A DNA stretch of 64,000 nt, from contig LSRY02000037.1 of NCBI GenBank assembly GCA_001643675.2, positions 868,001-932,000 of the forward strand, in the 5' to 3' direction. Positions 58,400 through 64,000 of the stretch are shown piece by piece (the stretch's first letter is position 1; the number at the start of each line of letters is the position of its first letter). The notes under the pieces were generated by a model that was not told where the DNA came from, searched no databases, and worked only from the letters and a program-made list of their open reading frames with translations. A program made the translations under genes and the position numbers. This stretch comes from Monocercomonoides exilis PA203. Taxonomy: Eukaryota > Protista > Preaxostyla.

Positions 58400-61300
58400 T
58401 CATTGTGCAGAATTCTCATTCGTATTTGTCCCACTTTCATCACTTTTCTCACATTCACTTTTTTTCATTTCCTTTTCTTCAGAGGACTCTCCCAATTCAA
58501 TTGCATCTGACATAGTTACAATCACCATCTCTGCTGGAAAGCGCTTTATGAACTCCCGCTTCAGCTGCGTGAGCGACGGACGGTCTTCTACTGATGAAGA
58601 AATGCAATTCTTGATGGTTTCAAAACATGAGTTTGCTTGTAACTCCTCCAATGCAGGTCTTTCTCCATTCACAATCTTCTGCCCTGCTCCCTCTCCATCA
58701 TATTCTCCAAACGGGATCTGAAGCGTCAGACACTCCCACAGCATCATTCCGATCGAGAACGACACTGATTCCTTCGTTGCTCCCATCTTCTTGTTGATCA
58801 GCAGCTCTGGTGCCTTCCACCTCAGGCACTCTTTTTTGAAGCAATCCTCATCCTCAAAGGCAGATGAAGGTGGTGGTGAGTCTGTGAACCTCTCGCTCAT
58901 CACTGAAACATTGGAGGAAGAAGAAACCATTGACACTAAAGAGATGGATGACGAATCTGAATCATCTGATGAAAGGAGATCAGAATGCATCACAATGCAT
59001 ATGACCATGTGCTCTGAGAACAGCACAATGTGCGGGCTCAGACTGCTCAGCGACTGAAGGGGAACTTCCATTTCATCAAAGGAGTGGAGCGCAAGATTGG
59101 CCACCCAGAACAAGATCTGCGCTGCTGTCTGCTCCCGCTCCTCCAGTGTGCCTATCGCCATCTCCTTTGTCTTGTTCCTCCCATGCAGAAGCATGAACAG
59201 CGAATCCCTCAAGTCCACAATCAGCTTCTCATGTGGAGATGAGCAGGCCATTGCATCTACCAGATTCGACATAGATGAAGTTGTTGGACACATACTCTCT
59301 GATCGAACAAAAGTGGATTCTGTGTCTGAAGTGTCTGTGGTTGAAGTGGATGAAATTGATGGTGATGGTGTTCTCTTTCTTGTCTCTTCCTCATCATCAA
59401 CCTTCTCCAGCATCCATTCTGGGATCTTGTCTGAGTCTCTCCCAAGAATGTATTCTGTTGATCCACTCTCAGATAGAAGATGCTCCGATGACTCTGAATG
59501 TTGCATATTCGTGTCATATATTCTCTTCTTTATCCTTTCATCATTCTTCTTCTCCGCCTCTCTCTCAGCTCTCCTCCACTGCTCCTCAGGCGACATCTCC
59601 ATCGTAACCATCTCAAATGCTTTTGGATCTTTTCTGATGTTATCATTCACTATCTCTCTCAAATCTTTCGCTTCATTCTTTGCCTTTCTCCATCGAACAA
59701 TAAATGCAATTGCAACGATAAGAACTATCATCAGAATAACAACAAGCACAATCACAATCAACAGCCAATAGGATTTTCCTTCTTTCCCTCCTTCAACAAT
59801 CTTTTCATCATCTTTTTGTTTTGTTTCACTTGCATTCTTCAGAATAAATGACTGAGTTGATGATGGAGATTCTGCATTCCCAAACAAAACATGCACACTC
59901 ACTTCTATTTCATCTCCACAACTGCTGATCAGATCCTTTGCAACACTTCCTTCAACTTCTCTTTCGGATAAAAACCCATTTGAATCAAAATCATAATGTC
60001 CAATCTCTTTCTCTTCTCCCTTCCTCTTCACAACTGAGAATGACAGATTGCATGGAACAAGAAGCATCCCTTTGAAGGTCAGCTTCATTCTGTCTGTCTC
60101 TTCTTTTGCTTCCACACTCTCCAGAACGGGAATGAAGAATGATGAATCTCTTTCAGAAACAATCCCTTCAAAGCTGCACCCATCATTCAACAGCCAAAGT
60201 GAGGTATTATCCCTCAATCCATCTCCTCCTTTCACACTCACCACATTCAATATTCCTGAATCTGAGCAAATGATGTTTCTTCTCAATGATGGATATCCTT
60301 CAATTGATAGATTATTATCAATGAACTCTCCTTTCTCAATTGTCACATTTCCTTCACTCATTGTAATTCCACCTTCTGGTGAATTCAATAATGTTGTATC
60401 TTTCATCATCACTGAACTCTTTGTGATATCAACAAGAGATCCGTCCCATCTGCAAATCTCATCATCTCTTTCTCTCATCTCATTCACTTCCTTTCCTTCT
60501 TCATCACCTTCTTCCTCTTTCTCTCCATCAAACAAACACGATCCAATCAGCACATCCACACACTCACAAATCTCCACCATTCTCCCTCTTTCATTTGTGC
60601 CCTGGCATCGAGCAAATGAACAGTTCAGCACACTCATTCTCTTTTCGGCTCCCTCCATCTTCATCACACTCTCATTCCCACAAACAGAGTTATTCTCAAA
60701 ATTCACTTCCTTCATCTCCATATCAACCTTCCCTCCAACACAAATCAAACCACATTCACTCATCACATCCCAAACTCCAATCCCACTCATCGAAACCTTT
60801 CCCTCTTTGGTGAACGAGAGAAGTGGTGCTGTGGTGTGGATCCCATCAAATGTTGTTTCTGTCATCTTCAGCTCTCCACTCTCAACACTCACAATCCTGC
60901 TCTTCATCACCAGATCCATCGTTGCTGAGCTGAACCTGCACTCCGAAATCTCCAATCTCCCATCTTTCTCTTTCACAATGCTTTCCCCATCCCACCCAAA
61001 CATCTCCTCAAACACAAATCCACATCTCTCCACAACACACTCATCAACAAACACAATCACACTTCCTCCATTCATTTCATCTTCTTCAATCATTGTGTTC
61101 AAATGAATGGTTGCCTGCGCTCTCTTCAATGATTTCACATTCAAATCTCCAATCTCACACACTCCCCCAATCAGACATTCTCCATCAATCAGAATCATAT
61201 TCGCAACACTCTTTTCAAGGTGTCGAACTCCACAGCAAATGCTTTGGCATGGCTTCTCCTGTGCCCCACACTGCCTGCTCTCACTCCCATTCACTGAAAC

Positions 61301-64000
61301 AAACACCTGTTCCGAATAATAGAATGTGATAAATGGAATCAGATCAACATCAACCTTGTCAACATCATCCCTCCCACAAATCGAGTTGTTCGACTTCAAA
61401 GCATCCTGGCTGAAGTCCAGAACAAACAGCGTCTCATTCACCTGCCCTGCAATCGAATAGCACTTGATGAACACATCCTTCCCAACACAGGCTTCATTCA
61501 TCACAAATCGAATGTTTTCCAGTCTCACCCCAAGAGCTGGCATTTCTTTTTCAACCGATTCTGCTTTCGGATCAACTGCATCAATCATCAAACCTCCTCC
61601 TCTCCCATCCACTGTTGAGCACATGCACATCACAAACGAGCATCCTCTCACTTTCAATTCTGATTCCCCACTCTTCAGACACACTTTCACCCCTCCACCT
61701 TCCTCGCTCCTCTCGCTCATGCACTTCGTCAGCACACACCCTTCCATCACACACTCCATACCAACCCCGAACGAATCTGCACTCATCACACATGCTCTGT
61801 TATCAAAACATGAAATGTTCGTGAACGAGGAGCTGTTCACTTTCACTGTTTGTTTTGTGTTCTCCATTGCATTGTTGTTCAACATATTTGCTGTGGATGA
61901 CTGACTCAGTGATATCAGACTGCTTTCAGATATCGTTGTGTTCGATATCGACACGTTCATCACATCAACACTCTTCACATCTGTTGTGAATTCCACGAAA
62001 CCTTTCACCAACAGGAACTGAGAAAGGGTGCAATCCTCAATTGCAAGACTCCCTCCTTCCACTCTCATAACACAATACTTCATCTCTCTCCTTTCCTCAG
62101 AACAATCAATCGAACAACTCACAACTGAAAGCATTGCAGAGGAAGATGAAGATTGAATGAATGACGAATGTCTCCCTAATTCATTTGGCATTGTGAATGA
62201 TAGGTTCTTGAATGAAGCAATAACATTCGAAACAACCATCGATTCACCTTCTCCATTTCCATTCATTTCTCTCACTTTCAAAACTGTCCCTTTCTTTTCT
62301 CCTTCAATTGTCACAATGGGAGTTTCTGTTAATGAAGGAGGTGATGGAAATGATATTCCTCTGTTGAGTACTCCTGCTCCAACAATGTTGATGTGTGATT
62401 CCCCTTCTCCAAGTGTTGGATATCGAAATGATATCAAGTGGTCAATCGATGAGCATGGTGCTTCTGAAAATCCACATCCACTGAAGTCTCCTCCTTTTTC
62501 ATTCGAAACAAACCCATTCCCACTCCAGTTGCTCCACAAATACACAACCAGTGGAATCACATATCCCTCTCCTATTGTCTTCCTCTCCCACCCACACAGC
62601 TCATCCAACGATCCCAACACCTCTTCCTTTATCACCCATTTGAAGCGCTCCTTGTTCACAATCTCACTCAGATCCCGTCCTGAAACAAACATATTCTTCC
62701 CTTTCCAGGCATTGCATCCCTCAAATTCCATCCCTTCCATCACAAATGTTCCCATCTCATCTGCCAGCTTCACAAACATCCCTCCTCCCATTCCTCTCCC
62801 TCCATCCTCAACATCCTCTCTTGGCACTTCACACCCTGAATATTTCACATTCTTCATTTCCAAACTCCCTCCCTTCCCCACTGATATCTTCATCCCTCCT
62901 CCTTTCATCCCACTCCCTCCTGAACACACTGATGACAAATTGCATCCTTCAATATTCACAATCCCATTAACTCCCATCTCCACATTCAAACATCCTCCTC
63001 CATTCCCACCTTCCACCTCCACTCCACTCACTCTGCTGTTCAAGATCTCCAATTTCACTCCATCACTTATCGTTATTGGTGATTTCTCATTCATTGCCAG
63101 TGTCACTCCACTTTCCATCACAAACCCATTCATAATTAATTCTCCTCCCTCAATACTTATCACGTTGTATCCTATCTTTCCATCAGTCAATGAGCCACTT
63201 TCAAATGAGACTGAACAGTTCGTCACACTGAGTGTTGATGTTGAATGAATGAATGCACTTCTCCTCGAATTCAACTGACCTTTCACAACAAATGAAAGTC
63301 TGCTCATTGTCAGTGAACCCGTACATCCAACAAGCCAGTCTTGTGTGTCTGATCCTCCATCACTCACATTCACTCCCATCCTCTCCCCCGCTGATGATGT
63401 TATTCTGCCTGAAATTAACACACCAAATGATGGTACTGTTATTTCCTTCGTTATTGACGAAGATGAGACAACTTCTATTTCATTCACAGTGCTGCTCATT
63501 CTTGAGTTCGCACAATAATCAACTGTCAAACACCTGAATGCCTCAAATCCACAATGGTTGTGATCCATCCCATTTCCTCCACCCCCATCAACAAGCACTT
63601 TTGCCCCCATTGTGCACAAATACACAAACAGTGGAATCACTCCACTTTCATTTCCATCCTCACTCCCACTCAGTCTCAACACATCTGATGGAATTTCACT
63701 TGCATCAAAAAAGGCAAATGAAGTTGCATTTATTTTTGATTCTAAAAGCACCCCATCCCCACAATAAACAAACACATCCTTCCCAAACGAGGCGTCATTC
63801 TCCTTCACTTTCGAAAACTCAACATTCTCTCCAATTATCAATCCACATCCCTCACTCTCTATCCCCACAAATAATCCTCCTCCTCTCCCCCCATTTCCTC
63901 CATCACTCCCTGCCTTGCATCCATCAATCACACTTGTTCCATTCACAACTATATCTCCATCACCTGTCAAATACACGTTCATTCCCCCTCCATTTCCCTC
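58400..64000 (-). CDS. Second giant receptor-like pseudokinase of the same family, 5' end beyond the window (>1860 aa)
   Basis: GRGGGL, MKGGGM, GMGGGM repeats; CGFEAFRC, CGFSEAPC, CGAQEKPC modules; TM YWLLIVIVLVVILMIVLIVAIAFIV followed by RWRK; tail LRWKAPELL..SFSIGMMLWECLTLQIPF..GERP..EDRPSL. Confidence 0.92.
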   Translation of the reverse strand, partial: EGNGGGMNVYLTGDGDIVVNGTSVIDGCKAGSDGGNGGRGGGLFVGIESEGCGLIIGENVEFSKVKENDASFGKDVFVYCGDGVLLESKINATSFAFFDASEIPSDVLRLSGSEDGNESGVIPLFVYLCTMGAKVLVDGGGGNGMDHNHCGFEAFRCLTVDYCANSRMSSTVNEIEVVSSSSITKEITVPSFGVLISGRITSSAGERMGVNVSDGGSDTQDWLVGCTGSLTMSRLSFVVKGQLNSRRSAFIHSTSTLSVTNCSVSFESGSLTDGKIGYNVISIEGGELIMNGFVMESGVTLAMNEKSPITISDGVKLEILNSRVSGVEVEGGNGGGCLNVEMGVNGIVNIEGCNLSSVCSGGSGMKGGGMKISVGKGGSLEMKNVKYSGCEVPREDVEDGGRGMGGGMFVKLADEMGTFVMEGMEFEGCNAWKGKNMFVSGRDLSEIVNKERFKWVIKEEVLGSLDELCGWERKTIGEGYVIPLVVYLWSNWSGNGFVSNEKGGDFSGCGFSEAPCSSIDHLISFRYPTLGEGESHINIVGAGVLNRGISFPSPPSLTETPIVTIEGEKKGTVLKVREMNGNGEGESMVVSNVIASFKNLSFTMPNELGRHSSFIQSSSSSAMLSVVSCSIDCSEERREMKYCVMRVEGGSLAIEDCTLSQFLLVKGFVEFTTDVKSVDVMNVSISNTTISESSLISLSQSSTANMLNNNAMENTKQTVKVNSSSFTNISCFDNRACVMSADSFGVGMECVMEGCVLTKCMSERSEEGGGVKVCLKSGESELKVRGCSFVMCMCSTVDGRGGGLMIDAVDPKAESVEKEMPALGVRLENIRFVMNEACVGKDVFIKCYSIAGQVNETLFVLDFSQDALKSNNSICGRDDVDKVDVDLIPFITFYYSEQVFVSVNGSESRQCGAQEKPCQSICCGVRHLEKSVANMILIDGECLIGGVCEIGDLNVKSLKRAQATIHLNTMIEEDEMNGGSVIVFVDECVVERCGFVFEEMFGWDGESIVKEKDGRLEISECRFSSATMDLVMKSRIVSVESGELKMTETTFDGIHTTAPLLSFTKEGKVSMSGIGVWDVMSECGLICVGGKVDMEMKEVNFENNSVCGNESVMKMEGAEKRMSVLNCSFARCQGTNERGRMVEICECVDVLIGSCLFDGEKEEEGDEEGKEVNEMRERDDEICRWDGSLVDITKSSVMMKDTTLLNSPEGGITMSEGNVTIEKGEFIDNNLSIEGYPSLRRNIICSDSGILNVVSVKGGDGLRDNTSLWLLNDGCSFEGIVSERDSSFFIPVLESVEAKEETDRMKLTFKGMLLVPCNLSFSVVKRKGEEKEIGHYDFDSNGFLSEREVEGSVAKDLISSCGDEIEVSVHVLFGNAESPSSTQSFILKNASETKQKDDEKIVEGGKEGKSYWLLIVIVLVVILMIVLIVAIAFIVRWRKAKNEAKDLREIVNDNIRKDPKAFEMVTMEMSPEEQWRRAEREAEKKNDERIKKRIYDTNMQHSESSEHLLSESGSTEYILGRDSDKIPEWMLEKVDDEEETRKRTPSPSISSTSTTDTSDTESTFVRSESMCPTTSSMSNLVDAMACSSPHEKLIVDLRDSLFMLLHGRNKTKEMAIGTLEEREQTAAQILFWVANLALHSFDEMEVPLQSLSSLSPHIVLFSEHMVICIVMHSDLLSSDDSDSSSISLVSMVSSSSNVSVMSERFTDSPPPSSAFEDEDCFKKECLRWKAPELLINKKMGATKESVSFSIGMMLWECLTLQIPFGEYDGEGAGQKIVNGERPALEELQANSCFETIKNCISSSVEDRPSLTQLKREFIKRFPAEMVIVTMSDAIELGESSEEKEMKKSECEKSDESGTNTNENSAQ

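Noticed and set aside
59097-63537. Long plus-strand ORFs (e.g. 60048-61106, 62157-63248; also 23119-23856)
   Set aside because: Antisense shadows of the purine-biased receptor genes; S/P/I/F-rich with no independent motifs.
1-64000. CRISPR arrays, rRNA, tRNA or telomeric repeats
   Set aside because: No repeat-spacer array or recognisable structural RNA/telomere motif seen by eye; a tRNAscan/Infernal run would be needed to exclude small RNAs.

Overview
AT-rich eukaryotic (protist) genomic DNA with short GT-AG introns and the standard genetic code. The gene families and composition resemble the oxymonad Monocercomonoides (inference, not verified). Host genes: (i) two giant intronless single-pass receptor-like proteins (22329-30242 and 58400->64000, minus strand) with Cys/Gly-rich GGA[I/L]-repeat ectodomains, one TM helix and a C-lobe-only, apparently catalytically dead kinase-like tail, plus two detached ectodomain relics; (ii) four copies of a 3-exon, ~430-aa helical protein family ending ..YFVNV/YFVYF (one intact, three disrupted); (iii) several decayed genes, including an IQCH-like ATP-grasp relic and one with a perfect 56 x 9-bp expansion. 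Mobile DNA is dense. There are two DIRS-type tyrosine-recombinase retrotransposons with the full ITR + internal complementary region architecture (41347-47253 decayed; 52165-56733 apparently intact, with gag, RT/RNase H/methyltransferase and YR), two decayed DD35D pogo-like transposase copies, two ~970-bp foldback elements (TA flanks) and three ~256-bp MITEs (4-bp TSD). The most striking item is a 2.66-kb non-autonomous TIR element (10135-12794; ~270-bp TIRs, 8-bp TSD AGGTCATC) that carries a captured piece of the receptor ectodomain family and splits a host gene. This is a Pack-type gene-capture element that could shuffle receptor modules.
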